Assembly: GCA_951406725.2 (NCBI GenBank)
Contig: OX597818.1
Coordinates: forward strand, 26,660,001-26,724,000
From: Octopus vulgaris
Lineage: Eukaryota
Direction of reading: 5' to 3'
Length of the DNA: 64,000 bases
Within the stretch, counting starts at the first letter, position 1; each line of letters opens with the position of its first letter. Below, in pieces: positions 1-12,921 of the stretch. The translations under genes and the position numbers were made by a program. The notes beneath the pieces were generated by a model, which saw nothing but the letters and a program-made list of their open reading frames with translations, made no database searches and had not been told where the DNA came from.

Positions 1-194
1 ATCGCTTGACAACTGATGCTGGTGTGTTTACGTCCCCGTAACTTAGCGGTTCAACAAAAGAGACCGATAGAATAAGTACTAGGCTTACAAAGAATAAGTT
101 CTGGGGTCAATTTGCTTGACTAAAGGCGGTGCTCCTGTATGGCCACAGTCAAATGACTGAAACAAGTAAAAGAGTAAAAAGAGAGTAAAAGAGT
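1..194 (+). mobile_element. 3' half of a tRNA-derived SINE (family A, internal microsatellite), ending in (AAAAGAGT)n tail
   Basis: GCTTGACAAC..GGTGTGTTTA..GACTGAAACAAGTAAAAGAGT recurs at ~20845-21010 (+) and ~8107-8300 (-); short tandem tail repeats at 172-194. Confidence 0.8.
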
Positions 195-3100
195 GACTTT
201 TTTCATACTCATAAGAAATTTTGTTTCACTAGCAAGACTGTTGACCTTAGAAAAACTCATATATATATATATATATATAAGCTTTGTTTTTGTAATTTGT
301 TCTTTTACTGTTTGTCCTTTATAACTTTAAAAATGTGTAAAGATTTCATAAAAATTTAATAAGATCTTTGTCATACTTGTTCTTTGACAAGTTTCAGAAA
401 ATTAGATTGGAATGTTGAAACTGAATTATATAACTCATTTTCTAAATTCTCATCAATGCATGAGATGAGTTTATTAATGTACGAATTCTAACAGTAGAAA
501 ATGTTCATTCTCATGCCCATAGTGGTATAAGTTAACAATTCCAATTGTCACAGTTAGAAAAGTTCAATCAATTCTTATTTGTCTTTTTTTTTTTAAATTC
601 ATTAAAAATTTAATTTATGGGAGAAACAGATCTGTTATATTTTTCTTGAAATTTATCACATGAATTTCATCTGGTTAGTTAAAAAAGGGGGTTTCATTTA
701 CCTTGAAGTTCTTTTTTTTTTTTTTTTTGTATGTTGAAGCAGACTACATCTGCATAATAGACTTTAAATTTAGAAATATTTAACCAATCTTTTATTGTGT
801 ATTGCATATTTCCAATATTATCGTCACCATCAACAACATCACCAACTGTGGTGCCTGATACACTCTGCTAAAAGCTTTTGCGTCAGCATGCTGTTCAGAA
901 ATATTAATTTGCCTCTTGGTATAAAGCTCTATACTTCACTAGCAACAGCTTATGAAGTAACAGAGGTTATGTTGTCCTAAAGAAAAATATTAAGTAAATA
1001 TTGTAAATGTTTCAAATAAAGTGAATAAATATTTTAATTATTACAAATCGTGAATAGGGATAGGAGGAAAATTCTGATTTTGGATTTCAACGTCACTTTT
1101 ATGGATAGAATGCCTTTCTTTTCCTTTACTCTGTCCTTAGTTTTTTTTGGGTTTTTTTTTTTTGTATGTACTAAATTTATTGAGAGCTCAATTTAATCAA
1201 TCAAAAAACAGGAAATCAGATGAACTTGGTCAAGGACAAGAGTCATTCTCAGATCTAGAAGCCACTGTTACATCTAATAGGACTAACATGTCTGTGGCTA
1301 TCATTTTACTGCTAAACATCAGACACACTCCTCATTGCATTTAATTAATCAAATTTTGGAGTTGTCATCCCTTGCTTTTTCTTTTTTTTTTTTTTTTTTG
1401 CTTACCAAAATTAGTCAGGAAAAGATTTGTTCTCATCACTAATTAATTAAAATTACACAAAGGGTGTGATTTAAAATTTATTGGCATACTACATCAAGTA
1501 TGTCTGTGTCCACTTTACTATAATCTGCATGAAGTGGTCGAGTCACACAGCTACTGTCCAAAGTAAAAAGGATGAAGTAATCAAGAGAGATGGTGAATAG
1601 AACAGATCTCAGCACTGTTTTTAAAGTCAATTGACCAGTTAACATTAATAGATAGATTTCCTGTTCAGTGGATAGGAAATAGCTAAGTAAAGAATCAATA
1701 CTGTATTATTGGTATAACTCAGAAGTATAGTAGTAGCAATAACATTTGATATAGAAGTTCAAGTTTCATAATCATGGATTACAATGAAAAGTCACATTGT
1801 GTCAACAGATTTGATATTGGTTAAATTAAGTTGTTATTATTGTTGTTCTTTAGCCGTAGGTCAGTCCTGATTAAGACAATGAATGACCAAGACAACCAAT
1901 AATCAAAGGCTTTACCTCCATGAACAGCTTATCTTTTATTCAGGTATAGTGTGATATATCCTAAGGACCTTTCTTAGTAGCATATCATTTGAGGAAGATT
2001 TAGTTGCTGTTCCTAGAAGATCTAACAGCAATGTATAGGCTCCCCTGTGAATTCGTAATTACATTAAATTAATATCAAGAAACATTGCTCTCCATACACA
2101 ATTAGATTATTCTGTAGTATCTTAGGTTTGATATAAAAGAAGCCTGGATAATAAAGGCAAGAATACATCAATGTTGAGAAAATATGTTAAATTAAATTTG
2201 AATGAGAAACTGAACTTATAATTTGATTTAATAATGTCTAATGTGGTCAGAGATGATTATGATTACAACAACAATTCTCATCTTCATTATCACAATCTGC
2301 TCTATTTAGCTTTGGTCAATTCAGTTTGCATCATAAGAAAGTTAAACATAATGTGACTTTTACAGTCTAGCTTTGGCTTACTCATCCTAATATGTCACTA
2401 ATTTAGGTTGCCACATCATATATATAGGACTTCTGTTGGCCAACTTTCACTATACCTCTGTACATGCATGTGTACAATTTTTTGTAGATGGCTGGCACTT
2501 GCTCATACTTGCAAGATTCCCCCTCTCCATGCTACTGTTGTTTATCCAAGAGAAAGGCCAACAATTCGGGTTGATACAGCTTAACACTAATGTCATCACT
2601 GGCATTACAGTCAGAATGCAAAGAGCCAAAACAGATACCATGAGACATCTTTCCTCACCCTCTGGCAGTTCCTCTGATCCACTGCTCAAGATTGGTACTT
2701 TTTATTGACGCCCCCTCCCTCCAAGGATGAGAGATGAAGTTGACCTTAGAAGGATTTGAACTCAGAGCATAGGGAGTCAGAGCAAATACTGTGAAACTCT
2801 GTTAATTCACCACCTTTCCATCTCATAGCTTATACTCAAATACATTGAAATATACTAGTGATTTGGCTGAAGCAGCTTAGAGCAATGCAAAGGTTAAATT
2901 CCTTTTACATAATAAAGTTGCAAGTTTTATATGTTTCAACTCTTAAACACGTTTTGATCATTTTTACAGTAGATGCACAGATGTTTAGTTAAAAAGTTTA
3001 CTTTACCACTATTAGTTTGAGCTTTGATTCCACTGAGCAGTACTTTGGTTAATTGTCTTCTTATCTTAGGTTCAGATTGACCAAAGTTGTGTGAATGAAA

Positions 3101-3416
3101 TCTGATTGATGAAAACAAAATGGAAGTCCATCTATTACACCATTTCTCTTCTTCTGTGGCTGGCTTAATCCATCATCTTGTTTAATGCCATCACCTGGCC
3201 CTTAAGTACTCAAAATAGAGATTATTCTGTTGCAAGAATTGAAGCCAGGCCTCTGTCTCGGGATAACTTCCTCCTGCCAGTCTCAGAAGCTCTGAAAACA
3301 GTCACAAGTGCTGCTCTTCCTCCTCTGATTAGGTCATATAAAGAAAAATATGTATATAAACACCAAACTGGCAATACTCAGTCTGGTTGGGCATTCTACT
3401 GCTGCCTTTTCTACAA

Positions 3417-3448
<32 letters not shown>

Positions 3449-3459
3449 ATACACTCTCT

Positions 3460-3925
3460 TAAATAAAGAGACATGCTTTCAAGAATTAGAAGATTGGAGA
3501 TAGCAGAGAATTATACCAGATAGCTAAAAGAGAAGCTAGATAACAACTCTATTTTTCCAAGGGAAGAAGCAGAGTGAAAGAGATTAGCCAGTGTTCTACA
3601 GTAGGAGGACTAGAGGCATAAGGTGTTCTGGATTGCAAAACAGTACATCAGAAAAGAAATTGAGATGTTGTGAGAGAGAAGTGTGTATGGATGTCTAATG
3701 GTACATTTACCTTTTGTGATTCAGAAAAGAAAGAGGGATAGAATCATTATGGTGAAAGGTTACAAAATGAGGAGAATGCATGGGAGAAAGAGAGTCTTGC
3801 TAATATGAACCTGATGGAGGGACCAGCTGTTCTAGTTGATAGCAATATGATAGATAAAGCAAGGAAAAACCCTTAGTTCATCAGGATTTGCACTGTGATG
3901 TTTAAAATGTCTGGTAGAATGAGAT
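3460..3925 (+). mobile_element. Degenerate RTE-type LINE ORF fragment (region between endonuclease and RT)
   Basis: Broken frames give ELYQIAKREAR and ERLQNEENAWEKESLANMNLMEGPA; related sequence on the minus strand at ~24250-24470. Confidence 0.6.
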
Positions 3926-4737
3926 GGCGATGATGACAATGACAATGGATAGATGGACATATGAACAGATGTGTTACATTATAGTTAATAAAAATTATGA
4001 TTATTGTGACATCATTCTGATATATCATCCATATCTATTTTCTATAGTTAGTACTCTTTTGCTAAAACCAGCAGCGGCACCAATCAGCTAATTTTCCAAA
4101 AGCTTCTTGCTTCTGTCTTGAATGAATGTGTTGAACATTGCGATGCATCATCTGCATCATTCTTAAGTATTCTTATGTTAAACTTTGAATCAACATATTT
4201 ATTCTTGATCCTATAGTGGTTAGTGATAACTCGAACAAACTTTACTATTTTTTGCATTATTATTTATTATTTATTTTGTTATTTTGTTCCGGTTAAGCTA
4301 GATGGAGTTACACATGACATTTGCATATATTTCTCTAACATATGTCTTTATGGTTTGGTGGCCTTATTAGTATAAATAATCTTAACATGGAACTATTTTC
4401 TAATGAAGTACTCAACATTTATTTTAGTAAGATGATTTGCCCAAACACAGTCCCTGAGGCTTTAACTAATCAGTTAATGTATTTCTCAGCATTATATAAG
4501 CTGAATACTGGTATCAGGTCTCATTAAAAGAGATTTCATTTCCGAATTGTAAATACAAAATAGCAAAGCATGTTAGTGTTTAATGATATTCATAAAAGTG
4601 GTTTTATATCAATGTGTCTTGTTTATATAAAGTCATCAATTCACCAACAGAATGCAATAGACTTGTCATTAACCGTCACCACAAACATATTAACACACAT
4701 ATTGTACATATTTGCACATACATATGTACATACATAC

Positions 4738-4788
<51 letters not shown>

Positions 4789-5225
4789 TTTATACTAAAT
4801 AGCCAATGAATATTCAATGGGTGGTACAACAACACCTTGTTAATTATGAATTCTGGTTTGTGTGTGTGTGTGTGTGTTTTTTTTTGTTTTGGTTTGTTTG
4901 TTTCTTTTTTACTATTTTACAAGCTTGCATTGCATGAGTGGGATGTTTTATGGGGTTTTTTTCCCCTTTATTATTGAAACATTTATTGTTTCTATCACTG
5001 ACCAATCAGCCATGAAGTAGGAGTGGAACGTGCTTTTTTTCTGTTACTAAATAATTCAGAGATGCCATTTGCAAGAAAAAACAAATGTGAAGTTAATGTT
5101 AACATATCTAATGCATGTAGTATTTAAAAAAGCTATGCTACATAGGAATGAATATGCAGTAAGAAGTATCTTTACTTTCAAGGCAAGTTAAAAATTAACC
5201 ACTCCACACTGTTTTTAATCCTATT

Positions 5226-6252
5226 CAGTAAGCTTAACTTTCATCAGTAAACTTCGCCTTCATCAGTAAACACAGCCTCATCAGCAACCTTAACCTTCAT
5301 CAGTAACCTTAGCCTTCATCAGTAACTTTAGCCTTCATCAGTAAGCTTTAATCTACATCAGTAGCCTTAGCCATCATTAGTAACCTTAGCCTTCATTAGT
5401 AACCTTAGCCTCATCAGTAAGCTTTAGCTTCATCAGTAAGTTTTAGCTTTCATCAGTAAGCTTTAGCTTACATCAGTAATCTTAGCCTTCAGCAATAAGC
5501 TTTAGCCTTTGTCGGTAACCTTGCACTTTGTCAGCAATTTGAACATTTATCAGTAACCTTAGCCTTCATCAGTAAGCTTTAGTCTACATCAGTAGCCTTA
5601 GCCATCATTAGTAACCTTAGCCTTCATCAGTAACCTTAGCCTCATCAGTAAGCTTTAGCCTTCATCAGTAAGCTTTAGCCTTCATCAGTAACCTTAGCTT
5701 TCATCAGTAATGTAATCCTTTGTCAGTGACCTTAGCCTTCATCAGTAATCTTAACCTTCATCAATAACCTTAGCCTTCATCAGTAAGCTTTAGTCTTCAT
5801 CAGTAACCTTAGCCTTCAACAGTAAGCTTTAGCCTTCGTCAGTAATCTTAGACTTTGTCAGCAACTTGAACCTTTATCAGTAACCTTAGCCTTAATTAGT
5901 AAGCTTAATTAGTAATTAGCCTACATAAGTAACCTAGCCTTCATCAGTAACCTTAGCCTTCATCAGTAAGCTTTAGCCTTCATGATTAACCTTAGCCTTC
6001 ATCAGTAAGCTTTAGCCTTCATTAGTAAGCTTTAGCCTACATCAGTAACCTAGCCTTCATCAATAACCTTAGCCTTCATCAGTAAGCTTTAGCCTTCGTG
6101 ATTAATCTTAGTCTTCATCAGTAAGCTTTAGCCTACATCAGTAACCTTAGCCTTCATCAGTAATCACAGCTTTCATCAGTAACCTTAGACTTTGTTAGTA
6201 ACCTGAGCCTTCATCAGTAACCTTAAATTTTGTCAGTAACTTTAGCCTTATC
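5226..6252. repeat. Minisatellite of 19-20 bp units AGCCTTCATCAGTAA(CCTT/GCTTT), about 50 units, with higher-order blocks
   Basis: Tandem units directly visible; variant blocks repeat (5341-5430 vs 5572-5660; 5490-5565 vs 5820-5892). Confidence 0.95.
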
Positions 6253-7549
6253 ATATGTAATGATCTACTAACATAAGAGTCATTAAATATTTCTGCAAAA
6301 TTAATTTATTGATCTCTAAAGAATTTTATTTGCCTATGTCAATCAATACACAATGTATATTACCTACCTAACAGGGATATGTACTTGGATATCTAGCGAC
6401 TTACCTAAAATAGACTTATCTGTTTAGAAGGTGATTTAAATACTAGGAAAGGAATTTCTGATTTTTAATTTTGTGTTTTTTTAATTTTCTTTTATACCAA
6501 ACACTTCTAAATTTGTGAACTCTTTGAGAAACAATCTAAGAGTGGTGCTAATATTGTACAGAAATATAAGATTTATTAATTTCATTTTCCACTTGTTTAA
6601 AAGGTATAAAAAAATTACTAATTCATACAATAAATTAATTCAGTCTTATTATTGTACTGGTTATTATCTGATTTACAATGCCAATCTGCTCTTTCCATGC
6701 CAGTTTCAAAGTTATTAGCAAGAATCTTTGAAGTAGTTGGAAAATTAATAAGGCTTCTGACATTGTTCATTATGTGAGAGTATATTTTATTTAGAAAAAA
6801 ATGACTATATTATCCATTATTGCTGTTTCCCTTTCCTTTTTTCTCAAAAATATAAATTTGTGTAATTAAGAATAATATAAAAGTGCCTTGCTTTATAATT
6901 TTCATAATCCAACATATCAAACTTCCCATTTAGTGATATAACAAAAAAGATTTTCATCTCTAGAATATAGATTTCTGGATTTATTCCTTGAAAGCATTTC
7001 TTGTGGAAAAAAAAATTGTTCACAAAGTTATGTGCAAACTTAAAATCCCATACTTTTTATATGTATTTCTGTCAGTGTCTTTCAAATATTTTATTAAGAA
7101 GTCAGGAAAATTTTCAAGCATGAATAATTTATTAGTTGTCACAAAAACTCAGTGCCTGAACATCTTTTTTCACAGAAATGATTTTATAGTAGAAAAAATA
7201 TCCTCATTAAATTTTTATAGAAGAATATAAGGCAAAAAATTATAACTTCATTTATTAGCAATGATATATATCATGCCTACTTGGAAAAAGGGCATTAAAT
7301 GATGACGATGACGACGACGATATATTGTCTTTTTACATGATTTAGAAGGACTAATGTATCATCACCATCATTTAGTGTCCACTTTTCTTTGCTTGCATTG
7401 ATCAGACAGAATTTCTTGGGCAGATTTTCTACAGCTGGATGCACTTCCTGTCACCAATGCTCAATCGTTTCCAAGGATGTTAATAGTTTCCCTTTCATGA
7501 AAGACTGGTATGGTGATCTTATTTACAACCATCATCTCATTTACACACA

Positions 7550-8080
7550 TATATATTATCATCATCACCATCATCATCATCATTTAGTGTCCGCTTTCCT
7601 TGCTGGCATGGGTTAGATGGTTTGACAGGAACTGGTAAGCCAGAGAGCTGTACCAGATTCCAGTCTGATTTTGGATTGCTTTCAATGACTGGATGACTTT
7701 CCTAATGCCAATCGCTCCAAGAGTGTAGTGGGTTCCTTTCATGTGTCACCAGCACAGGTGTTTTTACATGCCTCCAGCATCAGCCACAACTACAATTTCA
7801 CTTGGCTTGATGAGTCTTCTCAAGCACAGCAAATCACCAAAGGTCTCAATCACTTGTCATCACCTCCATGAAATCCAACATTCAAAGAAAATGCTTCACC
7901 ACCTCGTCCCATACCTTCCTGGGTCTACCTCTTCCAGGACATTTCTTCACACAGCTGTCTTCATCCATATGCATCACATGACCATACCAGCACGGTCATC
8001 TCTCTTGCATGCCACACTTGATGCTGCTTATGCCCACTTTTTCTCTCACTTTATTGTACATACAGACTGACATTACACAT
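7550..8080 (-). mobile_element. 5'-truncated RTE-type LINE 3' end with (TGA)n tail
   Basis: (CAT)n run followed by TTTAGTGTCCGCTTTCCTTGCTGGCATGGGTT; colinear with the RT-bearing copy at 54935-55730. Confidence 0.7.
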
Positions 8081-8106
8081 GCACTATATATATATATATA
8101 TATATG

Positions 8107-8359
8107 TTATCTTTTAGCTTTTACTTGTTTCTGTCATTAGACTGTGACTGTTCTGGGTACTGCCTTGAAGAAATTTGAATCAAATGAATTGATTCCAGTG
8201 CTTTTTTTAAGCATAGTACTTATTCTTTCAGTTTCCTATGTTGAATGGCTAAGTTATGGGGATGTAAATACACAAACATCAGTTGTAAAGCAGTGGTGGG
8301 GGACAAACAAATACACACACACACACACACACAGAAACTGAAAGAAGCCTGTCATATAT

Positions 8360-8435
<76 letters not shown>

Positions 8436-8594
8436 ACTGGCTTCTTTCAGTTTCTGTCTACCAGATCCACTCACAAGGCTTTGGTCAGCCTGAGGCTATT
8501 ATAGAAGACACTTGCCCAAGGTGCCATGCAGTGGGACTGCACCCAGAACCATGTGGCTGGGAAGCAAGCTTCTTACCATTCAGCCACGCTTACA

Positions 8595-8597
<3 letters not shown>
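8107..8597 (-). mobile_element. Full-length family A SINE with internal (CA)n/(TA)n
   Basis: Minus-strand head GGTAAGAAGCTTGCTTCCCAGCCACATGGTTCTGGG at ~8545-8580; tail matches 1-194. Confidence 0.8.
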
Positions 8598-8647
<50 letters not shown>

Positions 8648-9759
8648 AGAGAGAGAGAGAGAGAGAGAAACACATATACAAGGCTCTGGTTGGCCTACGG
8701 CTGTAGAAGATTCTTGCTGAAGACTGAACCCTAGACTACATGGTAAGGAAAGAAGTTTCTTTACATAAATGCCTTTAAGGATATATTTTCATTCTTAAAT
8801 TGCTGTCTTAGTAATTTATATATGTTTCAAACTAGATGTATTTATCTTAGCTGGATAAGTATGTTAATATCAATAATAATAATAATAACAACAACAATAA
8901 AGATAATAATAATGGAGTTGTGGTAGATGACATGCTGGTGGTGTTTGTGTCAGCAGTGATAGTTGTGGGAGGCACCAACTACCAGCAATGTTAGTTATGG
9001 TGATGACAACAAGGATGAAAGCAATGTAGAAGAATTGAGAATACTAATAACCATTGTAATACTAGTGTTCACTATTACAACATAATCAACGGTGCACAGA
9101 ACATTTAGTAGCAAAATGCTCAATAAACTTCAAAGCATTGTTAACAATTTGGTCACATCTGTTGTTGCCTATTTTTAACTGTTTCAGAGGATATAAGAGA
9201 AGAAAGTCATGTGATGGTATTAGGCTGTATAATGAAATAAAAAGAAAAGCACTACTGGAAGCTTCTCTCATAAAATCTTAACTGTTGCTACTGAATTACA
9301 AAGCATGAGTTTACTTTGCCAAGGATATTAAAAGTGAACTGCCATACAAATAAAGAGACATGTTATTTAATACTGGAAAGGATTTGGCCAATAAATCCTG
9401 GATCTACTATTATCATATGTGAATTTCAGGGTTTTTTTTTTTTTGCTTAAATAAAAAGGGGATCATTGAGAGGTTAGTCTTTCAACATAAATAAATTAGA
9501 ATTTATAGAGGCACAAGTATATCTGTGTTGTTGAGAAGTTTGCTTTGCAACCATATGGTTTTTTGGGGTTCAGTCCCACTGTGTGTCACTTTGTGAAAAT
9601 GTCTTCTATTATAGCTCTAGACCAACCAAAACCTTGTGAGTGAATTTTTGTAGACAAACTGAAAAACAGGCCCATCATGTGAGAGAGAGAGAGAGAGAGA
9701 GAGAGAGTGAGTGTGTGTGTGTGCATGCATACATGCATGCATTTATGCTTAAAAAAAGA

Positions 9760-10760
9760 CAAAGCTCATGTTCACTCCATCAACTGGGGAAGAATATGCA
9801 GAACTTGGCATTTTTGTAGGGAAGAAAGAACTTGATGTGGTGGACAGCTTTGTGTATCTTAGAAGAATGCTTAGTAGAGATGGTACCCTTGATAGTGAAA
9901 TAAATCAATGAAATCTAGTATTGCTTTTGAGAAACTTGAGATGCAAGTTCTGTCAGAATGGGACATCATGGCATGAAGCTCACTGTGTATGAGATCTATT
10001 CTTATAGCCCTGCTATAGGGGTACAAAATGTGGACAACTTAAAGGCATCATATCAAGCTGCTGGAAAGGTTTCATCAGCATTGTATCCAGTGCATCCTGA
10101 ACATAAAATGGTATGCCCCTGATATTGTTGTACTTGAGAAAGCCAGCAACACTAATATTGAGCAAAGGATAATTTTGAATCAGATGCATTAGGTTGGTCA
10201 TGTTGTCAGGATGGAAAATGAAAGGCTACCCAAACAGATATTTTATGGGAAGCTGATCAGAGGGAAAAGACCTCAGCATAAAACTAAAGAGTGGTTTGAG
10301 GATGTCATAAAAGGCAACCTTAAAGCTTTGGAGATTGAAATAGTTATCTGAGAGATATTGGCTGGAAGCTGTACATCATGGAAAGAGACTGTCAGTTACA
10401 GATGTGGCATCTTTGAGCAAAAGTGAATGGAACATGCTGTTTTGAAGCATTCGCTCTGTAAGCAGGACCCAAGACTACAAAAAACCAAGCAGGAATTGAG
10501 GTGTTATATGTGTGGATGATTTCTTCTCACAAGAGCTGGGTTTGTCAGCCATCTAATGTCACACGAGCCAGTGAGAAATCAAGCTGCTTGTGAGATGGTT
10601 CTGCTATCATGCACACTGTGTTGCATTTGTGAAAAGAGAAATAAGTGTCACATCTATGAATGTCCCTGCTGAATAAAAGCTGGTATTTAAAGCCACCTGC
10701 ATGTACATAGTCAAGCAATGTTCAATGTAAAAATGGCACTCTTCTGACAACAACAAGTAG
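9760..10760 (+). mobile_element. Decayed RTE/BovB-like LINE, RT C-terminal region
   Basis: Pieces translate as ELDVVDSFVYL, HHIKLLERFHQHC and GHVVRMENERLPKQIFYG, with stops and frameshifts. Confidence 0.8.
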
Positions 10761-10982
10761 CAATCAGCATAACAGAGTTATAAGCAAGGGATTATCAATC
10801 CGGGCAAAATACCTTATTAGCTCTTTGTTATTACACCACGCTAACAATATTATTTAGATTTGTAAAACACTCTATGTAATCTTGTTGCAGGTTCTGAGGT
10901 TATAATTCATCACCATTCTATATTGTAAATCCATGGTTGTGTTCCAGTTATACTGGTTTTTAATACTGAGTGATATACAATA

Positions 10983-11153
10983 ATGGTTATTACATATTTT
11001 TTGTTTATTGTATTAAATTTAACTTACATCTGTTTTCAGTTGTCATTACAGGTTTGTTATTTATTACAAAGTTCCAATAACGAAGTTATAATGACTACTG
11101 GAAACAGTTGTAAATCAAATTTACTTCAGTAAAGGAAAATAAGAAATGACCAT
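10983..11153. repeat. Imperfect fold-back palindrome, ~78 bp arms
   Basis: Left ...AAATTTAACTTACATCTGTTTTCAGTTGTCATTA... pairs with right ...TAATGACTACTGGAAACAGTTGTAAATCAAATTT...; roughly three quarters identity by eye. Confidence 0.8.
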
Positions 11154-11568
11154 TATTTATGTCTTCTCTCATATATATAGGTGGATTTCCTTTGGTTTCA
11201 ACAATGAGGTTTCAGTTGTTATGTTAACTCTATTACCTGCTCATTGAATTAGTAAGTGGCTGAGCATTCCACAGGTACAGAGTACTCTCTTAATATAATT
11301 CACAGGCAGAATCAGTATAATATATGTGTGACAAGGCTGTACTTTTATATTACAAGTATTATCTACCCCACAGGCTTCTATATGGTTTCTGTTTACCTAA
11401 TTTCATTCATAAGATATGAGTCAACCCAAAGCTATAGAAAAAGACATTTACCCAAGATGCTACATAGTGGAATTGAAAGTTGTACATCATGGTTGCAAAG
11501 TGAATAGCTTGACCATTCAGCTATGTGGCACCTATAACTTGTGTGTGTGTGTGTGTGTTTGCATTGAA

Positions 11569-11600
<32 letters not shown>

Positions 11601-11683
11601 CCTCCATTTTCTCATATACACTCATATACACACACACACATATGCACATTCAATCAATCATTAAGTATGTAGGTATGTATATA

Positions 11684-12921
11684 CTGGGGTTGGACAAAAT
11701 AATGGAAACACCTTAAAATTTCAAACAAATTTATTTTAATATGGGGTAGGACCACCTTCGGCAGTAATTGCAGCTTGAATTCTACGAGGCAAGGACTCGT
11801 GCAAAGTTTGAATTGTTTCCAAAGGAATTTTTGTCCATTCTTTCGCTAAAACATTCTCCAGTTCTTGTAGTAATGATGGTGGACTCTTCACTTGTTTTTC
11901 TAAAATCGACTCCTTACTTGTTTTGCTAAAATGCACCATAAATGTTCAATAATATTGAGATCTGGAGACTGTGGAGGCCAGATAAGATGTTCAACTTCAG
12001 TAGAATGTTCCTCATGCCATTCAGTAGCTGTGTGAATTGGTGCATTATCATCCTGAAAGGTTGAGTTTCCATCCAGAAACAGTTTGCAACCATAGGGTAA
12101 ATTTGATTAGATAAGATGCTTAAATAGTCTTGACTATTAATTCTGCCATTGGGCTGGCAGATTTCCAAGATATAGCCCCCCAGATCATCACAGATCCTCC
12201 TCCATGTTTAACAGTTGGAAGAAGGCTGTCTGGGTCAAATACTTCTTTTGGCTATCTCCACATGTATACCCAGCCAGTGGTCAGAAATAAGGTAATGGAT
12301 GACTCATCTGAGAAAGTAACATGCTTCTACTACTCAAGGGACCAATTCTAAACGCTTTGCAACATTTGTTTTTGAAAGTAGTGGTTTTCTGATTGCAGCC
12401 CTCCCATGAAATCCGGCTTTGTGCAGCTCCCAGCAAACAATTTTTGAGGAAACTGGGTTCTTGAGGTGGTCGTTAAACTCTGCAGTAATTTTGGGAGCTC
12501 TACTTTTGTGATCCTTTCTAACAATTCACGTAAGAGTCTGACAGTCCCTATTGGAATGTTTTGGTTTTCTTCTAGTGTTTTGTTTCAATGAGGAAGTTTT
12601 TCCCTCTTTCTCAAAGGCTGTCATTACTTTCGAGACACTACTTCTTGATACACCAGACATTTCAACTGTTTTCATTATGCTAGCATCTGCCATACGAGCA
12701 CCAACAATTTGACCTCTTTGAAAGTCCGATAAATCTGTCATTTTAATGAATTTTAATTACTTTTTTCTGGTGATATCTGAAAAGAAACAGCAATTTTAGC
12801 AAAACATATTAAGCAAACTAATAATAAATCAAAAAACATAAAAATAAACAAACTTTTGACAGTTTTATAGATATTTCAAAATTATGATGCTAAGTGTTTC
12901 CATTATTTTGTCCAACCCCTG
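11684..12921 (-). mobile_element. Full-length Tc1-family transposon with inactivated transposase (~12741-11736)
   Basis: 28 bp TIRs C(A/T)GGGGTTGGACAAAATAATGGAAACAC (1 mismatch), TA on both flanks; ORFs MTDLSDFQRGQIVGARM... and ...RRIQAAITAEGGPTPY; frameshifts and stops. Confidence 0.95.

Noticed and set aside
2436-2708. Overlapping 90 aa and 79 aa ORFs
   Set aside because: No recognisable domain or splice context; adjoins a decayed SINE and is probably repeat-derived
5226-6252. CRISPR array, or tandem C/D snoRNA cluster (TGATGA/CTGA boxes)
   Set aside because: Units are contiguous with no unique spacers and no cas genes; the boxes are antisense to the host gene and lack snoRNA spacing and guides
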